NCBI GenBank assembly: GCA_002104905.1
Contig: MCFE01000767.1
Coordinates: 1 to 38,145, forward strand
DNA: 38,145 bases
Direction of reading: 5' to 3'
Source of the DNA: Basidiobolus meristosporus CBS 931.73
Lineage: Eukaryota > Fungi > Basidiobolomycota
Under the pieces are notes generated by a model. It ran no database searches. It was not told the DNA's origin and saw nothing but the letters and a program-made list of their open reading frames with translations. How positions within the stretch are numbered: the first letter of the stretch is position 1; every line of letters begins with the position of its first letter. Positions 20,008 through 33,427 of the stretch are shown piece after piece. Made by a program: the position numbers and the translations under genes.

Positions 20008-23000
20008 CACAATCGCATCAAGCACAGTTTTGAGGGGTAGCTCAATAGAACTTGGTCAGTTATCTCCCAGCCTACCAAGCTCCCATGAAACCGGATTTGA
20101 TTGGACTGTACTACTGATCGTGATCCAAATCCAGTACTTATCTCATTCTTCACGAGCACCTCAATTGCTGAGTACACCGGCTCCGATCCGTATCATTGAA
20201 AAAGGAAAATCCCACCATTCTCCATTTAAAACCTGGCCATAGTCTTTATTTAGTCTAGCACCGAGGCAGAAACCAGTATAGTGAACCAGAATCGCCTTTA
20301 TGCAAGCCAATTTGAACCTCTACTATGGCAAAGGTTCCGATTGCACGATCCAAAAATCCATATTCACCACATGCATCGCCAGAGTGAACCGGTGGCGTAA
20401 CAGCATCAGAAGACTCGGATGGTACGCCACGGTTTACAGCTCGTGGACATCCTACCGAACTCCTCTTGCTAGCTAGAGCTCCCCCTTCCCCTAGACGTAA
20501 CCAAGCACATGGGAGGATTTCCTGGGTAGATCGAGGGCTGTAAACTACCGAAGCACTAATTAGTCCACATATGCTATAAATACGGAATACATAAAGTGGC
20601 ATATATTTTTCATTTGACTGGATTCGAAACAGGAAAGTGACTTCAAGATCACTTGGGCGGAAATTTTACAAGCAATCGCTCTGGCTACATCCGCCACCAT
20701 TGAGCAACCAAAATCCGGTATTGAGCCTTGGCCGCATGGATCACATATGATTTTCTAACCCCGGCGGGCTGCTCTCTACGAACCCATATATACTATGCTC
20801 CATGAGGTGCACGGAGTCTTGGACGGGCGGAAGTTACTTGAGTGAAGCCGGAACATGATGGAATAAGTGAATCATGATAATCGAGGGGCTAGAATCCCTG
20901 GCCCAATTGAAACAAATCGACTAGAGATTGGTCGGTGGGCTTCCATATTGAAGAAATCGTGGATCGTACGGAGTAGGAAAATCGATTCGCTGGCCAAGTG
21001 GCGAATGGCGACTGAGATTGAAAAATGATTTGGGCATCGAAACACTAGCATTTAGTCTGCTGATAATCCCAATACTGGTGACGAACACACCTTCAATGGG
21101 GCATGTGTTCTCCAACCCATGCATGCATCTCCAATGCGCGATCATTACGAACATATCTACCAATGCCTACTCCAACTTCGAGTAGACGTGTGCGAATCCT
21201 CACATTCTGCACTGCCACTGCTAGGACTGGATTGAGTGGATGCAACTGGAGGGATACCTCCAATTGAGCATTCTCTGCTCTACTATGACTATAGAACAAA
21301 CGATTCGTTTGTTAGCCATCGATAATACACATTTAGGGAGGCCTCCCATCAGCAAAGGAAGGTACTGTGAAAATTCCTGAACAGGCCAATAAAGTGCCTA
21401 GTATTTTAATTGCACCTTTGTGCTGAGCTCCATTGATTCCGTTACCAATGGAGAATGAATTGCAGCCATAAACCTCATAGCATATATGTGCAAACAGAGT
21501 ACAAAGATAGATTGGTACGGTCCAGATTGGACAACTCAATATTAGGATTCAAGCGATCGATCACTCTACGAAGCACCATTCTTGGCAAATCCATGGGGCC
21601 ATCTATTTCGATCCTGATGGAAATGCAGGATTGGATCGAAAATTCGAATCTCTATATGGATTATGAATCCATTGTCGGCTTCTTAGTGGATGATCCTTTT
21701 TCGAATGATTAACTTTGGCAAGTCCCATTTCCTCATGAATCTGGGAAAAGGAGTGTATGTTCCATTTCTTTATTAGTGCCTTTCATTCCCTAAGCAGAAA
21801 TTTTACGAGCTTCGCCGTAGGGCCCACCCGGCCCACTGACTTGAAAGGGATGATTTCAAACCGATTCACCTATTCCACGGCAATGTGAATCATGTCCTCA
21901 ACTAAAGTGGAGTACATGATTTTGGAGGCCGGATCCCTATGGAGTCTACGCTCCAGCATCAATGAATTATTTCTACGAAAATCCATCGCCTGCCTATGGA
22001 TGCCATACTGCGGTGATGGCGATTTTTGTGTACAAGCATCGATTCGAATTCAAGGGCCAAACAGTTAAATATATCACATGCACTCAGCAAGGCTCACCTA
22101 ACAACGAAGAGTCTCGCCTTGTGTGATTAACGATAAACCCCTGGGTGACTGGATATATTCAATGGACCCTTCTTAAAATGTGCGATGAATTCTGAATTGG
22201 TTATGAGTTGACGAACAAGTCCGATGTCTTGCATATTCTTTTAGAAGGTAATCGCCACTAAATGATGTTCTAGTCAGCATAAACTTAAAAATAAGATAAA
22301 CATACTCTTGGGTGTTTTCCATTTCTCCTTAAACCTTCCCTGTGTTCTGAATAGGCAAAGAGCAGTAGCCAAGGGGTCCGATTAAGCATATCTACACGCT
22401 CAGGGTAAACATTCCAATTAGTCAACATGTTGCATGCATTACGAGAGGATTTATAGATGGGGTTGGCTGCATTGCACGCTCTTGTTGTGCATGAATGGGT
22501 GGCAAGGCTATTAATAGCTCCATAAATATATCTGATGCAATGTACTCCCACTCTACTTCTGATAACTTTACTCTCTTGCGTGAATATTAACTAATGGAGG
22601 ATTAATTAGAAAACACTAGGTCACCCAAAATGGGAATGGGTTGGTAAGTGGTAGATTGTTTTGTCTGATATTGCAGCAGAGATTTTCTGCAGATGCGGCA
22701 CACGATACAGTGACTGGAATGGATGTTTGGTGAATATGGGAGTGGGTTCTGAGTTCCACAGCCCAACATTAGAAAACCCCAGGAACCATTCTCACCCTTC
22801 AATCCTCCAAAGGAATCCAGGTATAACAAGGATACTTTGCCATCAAACTATCTAGATCACTATACCGAACGGCAACCGGATAAGACCGGCGTGGCACACA
22901 ATCCTGAAGACACCACCGTTCAAGCTTCACTGGTTTCTTCATCATTTGGCATATGCGCGCGGAAGTTATCACTCAATATTGGTGTAATTGCCGCTGTAAT

Positions 23001-23934
23001 ACTAATTCAAATGGGGCATAGAGAACCAACCCCCAATGTGTTGATCAGCGCTGACCGTAGGAATGAATCGACTGATTTGAGAAGCCCAAAAATCACGTGA
23101 CTGTACAACTGAGGTCGTCTCTGTATACTAAAACAGTGGAAAAACTGAAATCGTCGGGACTCAATAACACAAAATAGGAATGATTGACTTGAAATCAACG
23201 ATCACTGCTGTAGCACTGCAGTGCGTCTCATCATCTTATTGAGATGGCCGGTTGATGACACAGTCACTCCTCAAGAAAGCGAAAATCAGGACACCCAGGT
23301 TATTTTTAACCCACGGCCGCAAAGATTGTCTTGGCTTGGCAGGAATTCCCGATTAAACCATGTATTGATTAAATTTGGTCTCAACTGGATGATTTTGCCC
23401 AGTTTGGCTTGCATATTCCTTCATTCCCCCCATGGAATCGTTTGCACACGGGGGTAATAAAATTTTGATACCGTAGTGCATGCCAACCACAATTGCATGT
23501 TTCGGCGAAGAGTAGTCTTCACTTGTCAATTGGGATAGGATGACAACTACCCTAAGCGCCAAGTGAGGTAGTGTAGTCATACTAGATTCTGCCATAATTC
23601 ATTGCAAGCTGAATTTCCATTGATTCAGTCTTTGCTGTAGGGTGCAGGCAATTGTTCCGGTGAGGTGATTGATTGGTCAGTACTCCCGCCCATGTCTCAT
23701 ACTCTACTCCAATCAAAAGTTGCCCCAGAATCAACGTGCAAGTTGTGATTCATTGAGGTACGTCGCCCACTCGCTGGAGTCACTTCCGAAAAATCTACTC
23801 CAACCACATGCAAAGCCCAAGCCTTTCTACACATTAAACTATTCCTCGCCACCGATGGTCATTGGGCTAGCCAGATGCGGTTTATTATGAATTGCCACAT
23901 GATTGCTTAATAAATAATGACCTCTACGACAAGT

Positions 23935-24742
23935 TTAGAACTTCTCACTGGTGGTTTTGTACTGGAACAACGCACCGAGGCAGGCAGCAACGGCCGCAGA
24001 GCCTAGCATAGCGTAGACCTTGGCGTTGGTGTGATAAAACACCTCCGCATGCCCTCTGAAGAACAGGTTGAGCGAGTAATACATTCCAGTCTTGACGAAA
24101 ACATCGACTCCCACGACCATGGTGTATGAGCCATAAATAGCCGAGGACCAGATGAGGATGTGTCTCTCGAGGAACAGTATCGAGATTGCCCCAATGACCA
24201 CGAACACTACGATGAAGATGATGCGTCCAGTGTTGGATGTGATCAGCATGTTCTCCTTCAAGGATAATATGATCATGGAAAGCGCAAAACCACCCAGTCC
24301 TCCGATAATGACAAGTCCAACTTGGAACAAACAGATCAACAGATAGCCACCAATCAGACCAGAAACTATACTAACGGCAATATATATCCAGGACTTGGCG
24401 GTGTTGCTACTGTCCACTGGACTGATGTTGGCACAGATGACCAAGGCAAGGCCGGAGAAGAAAACGAACCCGGTCAGGAAGATGGTTACCTTGACCAGTC
24501 GACGGCCGAAAAAGCAGAACGCAAACCCAATCAATATCAACAACACGCCAGCTATGATCTTCTGGGTCTGATTCAACTCTTGGTCTGAAAACAGTCATCA
24601 GAGAGCGTCATTAATGTCATTGTACGGAATTCTGTAGACAAGCGAGGTACTTACCGTCATTTACGGGGTCCTGTGCCAATGCCATGGGCATGGAAAGCAG
24701 TGACAACAGTGCTAGTAGCAAGAGGCTGAACTTGGATTTCAT
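23935..24742 (-). CDS. TM7S3/TMEM198-like (DUF4203) multi-pass membrane protein, paralog A, 2 exons, 245 aa
   Basis: Exons 24742-24655 and 24584-23935, with a phase-1 intron GTAAGT...TTTCAG. Signal peptide MKSKFSLLLLALLSLLSMPMALA. Family-like motifs GFAFCFFGRRLVK, GGLGGFALS and AIYGSYTMVVGVDVF. Confidence 0.85.
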
Positions 24743-24824
24743 CTATAAAGATGGACAACAAAAGGATGAAAAGGAGTGTGTGAATGAAGAGGGGATGTAG
24801 GTAAATTCGACTGAATGTCTTGGC

Positions 24825-24831
24825 TTATAAA
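24825..24831 (-). promoter_or_regulatory. Candidate TATA element of paralog A
   Basis: TTTATAA on the minus strand ~85 nt upstream of ATG 24742, followed by a pyrimidine-rich leader. Confidence 0.3.
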
Positions 24832-26058
24832 GGGGATTCTCAATTATTGTTACGTCCGCCGTTCATGTGGTGGTACCAAATTTCAAGAGTGATGCGGGCT
24901 AGTATTACCTTTAGCAGCTCCATCATACATTTTCTTAATAGCTTGCCTTAATGATTAATATAACTGGTAATAGGCGCGCTTTGAGTGCGATCACTAGTTG
25001 GCAAATGTGTATTTATCAGCAATATTGGGCTGGTACTGAGACGATAACTGGCAATGGCCAGCAACAGCGACCAGATAGTATCCGAATGGAGATTAAACAA
25101 GTCTGTAAACTTCACTGTCTGGGAAGGGATGGCAAGAAAGAGGAGAGGCTCCCTCCATGTTCCCGAGTAGCCCAAATAGTGGCATGAATTGTGTTTATAT
25201 CAGCCCATGGCATCCATGCACCGTATTTGGATTCGATTCATCTTATGTTTGTTTCTTGATCAAACAAGTCAATAGGAGGTGTTGCAAAGCATAAATGGCC
25301 AGAGTAGTTGACGGATGGAGCGGCCCACAGGCTGTGATCATCGCATTCGTGGGGCGGGCGATACAGAATTCGGGTAGAATTTCTGTTTTTTATTTTGCTT
25401 CTGATATGTCGAGCTGAGGGGATCATGATCAATAGCAAATGTCCAGGGCACCCAAACTGGTGTTACAGTAATTTTGGAAAATCTGCTACATACAAGAATA
25501 GACATAGCCCAAGCCACATTATCGCATACTGCCAAGAATCTCACTCATGGCCCTAATTAGAAATTGAGTTATCCTTTTGTCTCTACTGACTGAGTTTGGT
25601 GCAATCATGAACAGCGCTTATTTCTAACGCCTATTTTTAACCGGTTTCGTGATTCATTCGGCCTCTCGACCAATCAGCCGGTTTTCGAGCCAAGAAATTT
25701 CAGTAGCGAGAGACTTCAGTTGCTTCATCGCAGTGTAGAAGCGTGCAGCCCACAGCTCTGCAGCAATGGAGGGTTGCGCCGTGGATTCACGCGTTCCCGC
25801 CACCCACATACCTCCGCCCACCCCTACCCGCACCAGCACCCAACCTCGCCTCCTCAACCCAGCATTGATCCTGTCTCAGCCGTCCATGGTCAATCGTTTC
25901 TAGCCAACCCATTGAATTTTCACCTCAGTTTCATAGATTCAAAGTCAATCTAATGATGCCAAGCAAAAGAGATTGGTGTGGGTGGAGATCGCCCGCTAAA
26001 CTTCTTATTGCCATAAATGGATCAATGTTGATCAGGTGCGCAGTCTTGTCACTGCAAA

Positions 26059-26065
26059 TATATAA
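26059..26065 (+). promoter_or_regulatory. Candidate TATA box of paralog B
   Basis: TATATAA ~100 nt upstream of ATG 26163. Confidence 0.35.
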
Positions 26066-26162
26066 GCGAGCAATAGCGATGGATGAACCTCAGTTCCTCA
26101 CTCATTCATATCCACACTTGTTCTCGAGCCTCCTAAACGACAGTTACTCCTAATTCTGAACA

Positions 26163-26968
26163 ATGAGAGCCACATCCTCATTTTCCCTATCAAAAAGCCT
26201 GGCGGCTGCGTTTATTGCTTTTCTATGCATCCCCCAGGTGTTGGCCCAAGGTGTGCTCACCAATCGTACGTATGATCATAGGTTTTGATTCGCTGCCTTA
26301 TCATTAACATTCCTCCTGTAGGTGAAGGATTTACAGATACACAAAAGCTGATAGCAGCGATCGTGTGTATAGCAGTTGGTTTTTTATTTTGTTTCTTCGG
26401 CCGCTACCTCGTCAAGGTGACCATATTTGTTGCGGGCTTCTTCTTTTTCGCTGGGCTGTCCTTGTTCTTGGCCGAGAAGATCCAGCCTACCGCCGAGGGG
26501 GACAGTGGGAGAGCATGGCTTCATCTTGGCATCAGTTGCGCGATTGGCATAATTGGAGGCCTATTGCTGCTATGCTTGTGGAAGCTTGGTTTAGTCCTTA
26601 TTGGTGGTTTGGGAGGCTTTGCTCTGGCTATGTTTATCCTTTCCCTCAAGAGTGGCATGTTGATCTCCTCCGGAACTCCAAGAATCATCTTCATTGTCGC
26701 CATGGTGCTAGTTGGAATGATCATCATTTTGTTCTTTGAGAAGCATGTTGTGATCATCTGTACCGCCATCACTGGTGCCTATGTATTTGTCATCGGAATC
26801 GATCATTTCGTGAAGACCGGCTTCACCGATCAGTTGAACCTCTTCTGGGGTGGGGATTCCACCGTATTTTATCAGACAAATGCTAAGGTCTACGCAATGT
26901 TAGGATCTGCGGCAGTGCTTGCACTTATTGGCATTTTGATACAATACCGCACCACCCGATCAAAATAA
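26163..26968 (+). CDS. TM7S3/TMEM198-like (DUF4203) multi-pass membrane protein, paralog B, 2 exons, 249 aa
   Basis: Exons 26163-26265 and 26322-26968, with a phase-1 intron GTACGT...CTGTAG. Signal peptide MRATSSFSLSKSLAAAFIAFLCIPQVLA. Colinear with paralog A (FCFFGR.LVKVTIF, IGGLGGFAL, FVKTG, TNAKVYAMLGSAAV). Confidence 0.85.
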
Positions 26969-28356
26969 TTCTTTGAGCAAATCACTGCATAGTGTCGATC
27001 TTATCCATAGTATATATACGTATCACCCATAAGCATATCTAAACATATATCATCTTCATATCAATATTTATGCGCTATCTATCTCTCTTTATCTCTACCT
27101 GATCCATACTCCACCAGATGGGTCTAGTATGCCTAAAGCCCTGGTGGGTCCCAGTCTTTTAAAAAATAAACCTGGCCAGCAAGGCCAATATGCATACAGC
27201 CTGCTTGCATCGGTAGCAGAGAGTCTGGACATGGTCTAGCTGCTATTTAGGCCTCGTTCCTGTCGACCAAGTAGCACCGGTCAGGTTTCTAATATTTATT
27301 CGTCGATAGACTTGATTGCTATATATACACCAAAGCACCACTAACATGAGCTTTTGAAAGGCCGGCGCTGCCATATCTCCACATTGTGGAGTCGATGCTA
27401 TCAAGGACAATGCAACCGATTGTTTCAAAATAGGCTTTCTGGACACCTGCCTATTGATTCCTCTAGGAATGTTCACCGTGATGTTATAAATAGATGAGAC
27501 CTACGTCGTCACTTAGGGGTAAAGAATTGTCAAAGTTGCTTGCATGACCATGTGTCGTAGTTTTCTGAAGTACAGGCAACAGTGTAGTACAAGATTATGT
27601 TTCCCTTCGAAACCGTAGGTGGCTAATACTTGTAGTTGATCTGAGTATCTGCAATTCGGTATTCCATGGCGGGAAAGCCCATATGAGCATCTACTTTTGT
27701 CATCGATTGGTTGGTATTGGAGCTCTTCAGACAAGAAAAATCCATCTCTTCCACTGTGTATCGTGACTTGATCCTTCTGACAGCACCATCGATAAGGTGG
27801 TAGCTCTTGAACGTCAATAGATCACCCGCCATTTTCATGACGCTGCCCTGTAACTGGCTCATTAGTGAATGTAAAAGGAGGGTTGGGAATCTTCCTCAGT
27901 ATAAGAAATGGTTGCTTGACTTATTTGCAAACAATGTACTCCTATATCAGCGGTCATTGAATGCAGAAATCAATGTTCTTAATAGGAGTGGTGATATACT
28001 GCGAAGCTCTTCCATCAATTGGCTTGTGTTGGCATCAATAGTTATCGATCTATTGTATTAACAGGTCTCAAGTGCCAATTTACCATACTGAATCATGATT
28101 TCATCGCTGGCTATTTGGATGTAATAAATATAAATTGCCGGATATTTGATAATAGTTTAGATTCATGAGCATGGGATAAGACAGTCATTGAACAACACAA
28201 CTACGCATCACTAGCAGGCGCAATGGTGATTAATATGCGAGTTTATTTAGCTTTCTAGGTTGATCTCAGTTGCACCATGAATGACCTTAAATGTTGCCAG
28301 TATGGGCTCCTATCATTCAACCTAGGAATATCAACATACAACGCTGATGTAGAGTA

Positions 28357-28379
28357 ATATATATATATATATATATATA
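28357..28379. repeat. (AT)11 microsatellite
   Basis: Perfect AT run read directly. Confidence 0.9.
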
Positions 28380-31300
28380 CATCCAAGCCAGGTATTCTCA
28401 CTAACACCCCTCATAACAATGGCAGGGAGTCTAAAACACCTTCTTTTGAAATTACAAGATATATCATGTAAATGGCAACAAGAGGTTGGGAATAATCTGT
28501 CGTACGAATACGACGTTGAAAAGGACTTTTTAGACATTGGTGGAAGCATCTAAATATACCTATATTGCTCACATCGTGCCCTTTAAGCCTAGACTATATA
28601 TTAGTTACATCTGACTCGAACTAAACAGCAAAATATCTCAGGAAAGTTGTTCACCAATCTCTGGGGCTTTTGGGGATCTTTTAAGATTGCTATCCTTTCA
28701 ACAGCTTTTCAGATCTAGGAAGATACCCCATATTTTGTATTTCAAGTCAGAGCTGACAATTAGCGTGTTGGTAATGGGTAAAGTCATGGCGTGGATAGTT
28801 TGCTTCAATATCGATTACTCAAGCCAGAATACCGCAAGTTTTATGAATGCCGAAACTTACAAAGCTTTGAATTTGTTTGGAATTTATTCACTCGTGGATT
28901 ACGGATTAATTATCTCAGCAAGATTTACATCGATTGTAAATAGACGCACTTCTGAGTATCATATCAAAGGAATTTCAGGACAGTAATTAATTTTCCAAAG
29001 GCTTGCCAATTCCCCAATAGCAAAATATGCTTAAGCAATAGTGTAACTATTTACCATCCTCTTTATGAAAGTAGTAGGTGGTTAATGTGTGGGTGCTCAG
29101 TGGCCCTTTAGTTCTACAGATATGCTATGCATTTCTCTTGACTATGAAAATTTTGAAAGGCTATAACTTCAGTGTTTCCCTAATATATATTTTACTTTCC
29201 CTCTGGCTTTCCGCAAACTGCCAGGTGCCCATGTCATTCTCAAGACTTCGATAAACTCTTCAGATTTGCATTTGGATTCCTACTAGGGATCTAATAGTAT
29301 AACCATGATCCCGCACCCATCTGCTCTAAACTCCCAACACTACATTGATAAAATAGTGTGACAGACACAGATTCCATATATACTACCTTGACACTGAAGC
29401 CCTTCATATATACTCAATTTCTACTTAGCCAACTGCAAATTAATGTATTTACAACTTTGAGTTTCACCCATTGAGAATCAATAAACTTGTAGTGTTAAAG
29501 AGGTCCAAGAAGCAACCAGAATTATCAAGCTCATTCTATTGACGCGTTACTTTATGTACCATTGTGTAGGATCCAACGGCTAAAATTCACTGCATTCTTT
29601 TACACACATTTCCAAGATGCAAAATAATACATATCGAGGAAACTTTCTGGTCATCTGTATCGCTTACAATAGGCTCTAAATATATGCAACAAGCCTAGCC
29701 AATATTGCGAGATTGAACAGGCACTTATTCATGAGGAGTACCTGGTTACACTCAATTAATCAATTGTACCAACATCACAGCTATAAACACCATATCACAA
29801 GAATAAAGGATAAATTCATACAGTATGCACCTTGTCAAGATTACTTACAAGGCACCATTATGCACTACTCTACAGCAAATTATGCAGCAAGACAACTGAC
29901 TTTTTGAAACACTATGAGCAACAGAGATATCATGACCCTATTTGGGATAGAACACTACCAAATGACTATGCTAAAAGATGTGAATATTTAGAAGTGGCAG
30001 CAGGAACTTTGAAATAATGTGGATCCTATTGCAGCTGATGATACCAGCTCAGAAGTAACTTGCAGTATTTGGAAAATTGGGCTATTGCACTTACTGATTT
30101 AGAGTTTTGAAGTTTTCTGTAATTGCGTGTGAGCTTTGAAGGAACAACTGTTTGAATGTTCAGCAAAAAAGGGCTGGTAAGCTGTATGGGCTGTTTGCGG
30201 TCTCTGAACCACATTGAAGATTATGGTAACTTCAAATATCTTCAAATTAATTTTGCAAGATGCCAATTCTCAAAGACAGTGGAGTAAATCATCATCGATA
30301 TCATAACTAGCAAAGTGTTATCTCCAAGATGTGTTGCTAATTAGGTGGGAATCTGAATATGTGTAACAGATCCTCCCTTGTAGATTTTTTGAGAAGAAAA
30401 AAGGATTTATACTTTTGTGTGAGCTTCGTAAATATCATGACAAAGATACTTCAAGGACCCAACGGTCTTCAGAACGTGTTTGGAAATTTTGGTTGTTTAA
30501 TCAATTCAGAGTATTTAAGTGGTAACTTCATGATAGTAGGGTGCTATCTTAGATGTCAGAATAAAGGTGCTAAGTCATTTTAACCTTAAATAGCATCATA
30601 AATCCAATTTTGAAATTTCCGTCACGATATGGCTTATTGAGCAAGTCGAGCAGAATTGAATATCTCATATTATACAACAAAATAATATAATAGGGACAAT
30701 TAATTCGGGAGACTTTTAAAGGCTTCATACATCGAAAGTGCCTGAATGCTATCTAACACTAGAGTTCATTGAAAGTTCCAAACTACAAGGTTATAAAAAT
30801 AGGTAGAAACTTGCTGCTAGTAGATGATCGGGGAAGGGGGAATATCACGTAACAAAGAACGGATATTAGAGTAATAAATACCTCCTTTAAATTTTTAAAG
30901 TAGGTTCCTGGACGCCATGGCTTTCTGAATGCCCCCGCATTGAACAAAAACAGCATATCAAAAAGTATGCCATTTCATATTGGATCATAGGGTGTACAGG
31001 GATGAAGTATCTCCTCCCCTGACCGGTTTTTTCACACTGGCGGCTGTGATGCGAAATAACGCTGAGTACTTGATAGAAGTTCAATACCGGCCGAAGCTCC
31101 CAGACACTGACCAGAAGGAAGTGTTGTAAAACTGTGGTTATGATAAGAATTACAGGCGCGCGATCATCACATGATTGGCTACTGAACACGGTTCGAAGGA
31201 ACACCCTGCAAGAAAGATAATATCTATCACCTTTTGCAAATTATCTCGCGAGTACACTTTCTATACTCGCATTTCCTTGGCACACCACTGTGATACTAAA

Positions 31301-32005
31301 CCGCTTGCAGTAGATCTACGACATCCAGCTTCACCATATGCACGATGGCTGGATGGTATTGGACGCTGATACATCTTCTGATATACGTGTTAGCAAGAAC
31401 TGATCCATTCTGCCGAACAAAAGAATCTCATTGAACGAGCCTGTCATGACGTCGATCTAACTTGAACCTGGATAAACAAGCACTGTTGGTGTTTACGTAT
31501 CCACCAAGCCTTGGTGTATAACCACCTCTTCTGTGAGAATGAAAACACACTCGTTACGAAGAATACTACAGAGCCCGTTCGGTGGATTCAGGTTGCAGTT
31601 GTCCCATCTGTCTTGCTCGTGGCCACCATATCTAGCATCAAAACAAGCACGATGTCATCATCGGGAATCAGATCTCGATCGTGTTGGAATTTAATGGTGA
31701 ATTTGGCGTTCAACCGTCGGGTAAGATCAGGAGTCTAGATCATGGATTACATGTGCCTAATTTCAAAGCTATCTGTACTCTAGCTAGCTCTGGAATCTGA
31801 CTAGCAGGCACTTCTTGGGATCCGAATAACATGTTATGTGATCATGGCCATATGAAGAGGTATACCTACCATATTTGTACGGCAGATCCATTGATTCGCC
31901 CATTCGTCTTACGGAAGAAGTATCTTGACAAAAGTATTCTGTATTACACCAGATTCATTTAGCACTGCCTAATTCGAGCAGCTTATCGGGCGTCGTGGCC
32001 TCATC

Positions 32006-32011
32006 TATAAA
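32006..32011 (+). promoter_or_regulatory. Candidate TATA box of the MFS gene
   Basis: TATAAA ~120 nt upstream of ATG 32132, followed by a CT-rich leader. Confidence 0.35.
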
Positions 32012-32131
32012 TTCCCGACATTTCGTCGTTCCAACGATTTCAACTACCTGCTGATTCTATCATCCAGATCCTTTTGTCTCACTGTAGAGCGCCCTGTTCT
32101 GCAGCTGATTTATCCAGCAGAGCTTTCCCAG

Positions 32132-33427
32132 ATGGAGTGGATCTATATGTCCGCCAGTAGCCTGAGGTTGAACAGCCCGCTCAGCCAATTGCTCTTGGTT
32201 GGTCTAATTTGCTGCCTCATGATTGGAGCCTACAATGCAAACTATGGTATAGGCACATTGGGCAACCTCGATCTCCAAAGCACTACAACCGTGAATACCG
32301 TCTTCTACGTGACTTGCTCGGTATTTTCCATCATCTCTGGCAGCCTGAATAACATGTTGGGCCCTAGAGCGATTTTTCTCATTGGCTGCGGCACCTACAT
32401 CATTTACTTTCTGATGATTTGGTTCGCTTCGGATACACAAAGTGCCTTTACTATTGCTGGTGCAGCCATCGCAGGCTTTGGGTGTGCCATTGTCTGGACC
32501 GCACAAGGAGTTATCATGATGGCGTATCCGATGGAGAACCAGAAGGGCCGCTACTTCGGGATTTTCTGGATCATCTTTAACTCTGGCGCTTTTATTGGTG
32601 GCCTGTTGACCCTTTGCGGACTCAACTACAGCACTGTTAATGTGTCATTCGTAGCCTTGACCATACTAAGCGGCATCCTCTCATTGCTACTTATCAACCC
32701 CGCCACTGTGGTCAGAGGCGATGGGACCAGAGTTACGACCAAAACGAAATTTCAGCTCCACCATGAAATTAGGCAAATTCCGCATGCCTTCCTCCACAGG
32801 AAGCTTCTATTACTAGTTCCTCTTTTCTTCTACTCAAATTGGTTTTACAGCTATCGATTCCGGAATTTTAACAACGAACTCTTCTCCGTTCGCACACATG
32901 CCTTCAATGCAATGTTCTATTGGGCGTCTCAAATGCTGGGTTCATTGACATTCGGCCAGTTTCTAGATAACCCACTGTTCACTCGCCCCAAGCGAGCATT
33001 GCTCGGCCTACTGTTTCTGACGGTGTTCTATACCACTACATGGGCAGGGTGCATTATACTGGAGTTGTCCCGATCAAGTATAGTAGCCCAGGGAGGAATT
33101 GATATCGTCGACAACAATTACATTGGGTCGTTAGTCTTATTACTCCTGTGTGGGATATCCGACGCCATGATCCAGACATGGTGCTACTGGATACTGGGAG
33201 CCATCACCAACAACGCTATGATATTGTCCAGGTTCTCCGGATTTTATAAATGCATACAGTCGGCCGGTACTGCTATATCGTGGTACATACCTCTCCTTCA
33301 CGTATCGCCAATGCTACTAGTAATCATCAATTGCAGCCTCTTTTTGGGATCCATCCCCTTCGCGTACCTGGCTGCGAAAGGGATCAGCAAAGCGAATCAT
33401 ATCCCCGTACACACCGATGACCCTTAG
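32132..33427 (+). CDS. UNC-93-like MFS transporter / ion-channel regulatory family protein, intronless, 431 aa
   Basis: About 12 hydrophobic segments with family motifs NMLGPR..F.IG..TY, AIVWTAQGVIMMAYP..QKGRYFGIFWIIFNSGAFIGG, FFYSNWFYSY and GFYKCIQSAGTAI. Confidence 0.9.
   Translation: MEWIYMSASSLRLNSPLSQLLLVGLICCLMIGAYNANYGIGTLGNLDLQSTTTVNTVFYVTCSVFSIISGSLNNMLGPRAIFLIGCGTYIIYFLMIWFASDTQSAFTIAGAAIAGFGCAIVWTAQGVIMMAYPMENQKGRYFGIFWIIFNSGAFIGGLLTLCGLNYSTVNVSFVALTILSGILSLLLINPATVVRGDGTRVTTKTKFQLHHEIRQIPHAFLHRKLLLLVPLFFYSNWFYSYRFRNFNNELFSVRTHAFNAMFYWASQMLGSLTFGQFLDNPLFTRPKRALLGLLFLTVFYTTTWAGCIILELSRSSIVAQGGIDIVDNNYIGSLVLLLLCGISDAMIQTWCYWILGAITNNAMILSRFSGFYKCIQSAGTAISWYIPLLHVSPMLLVIINCSLFLGSIPFAYLAAKGISKANHIPVHTDDP

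Noticed and set aside
27290-27450. Subtilisin-like HVSGAL on the minus strand
   Set aside because: The catalytic GTSMA serine motif is absent and there is no supporting domain context.
30020-30365. hAT transposase-like words (AADDTSS, LILQDA, LQDVLLIRWESEY)
   Set aside because: The spacing does not fit hAT, there are many stops, and no TIR or 8-bp TSD was found. An HMM search would be needed.
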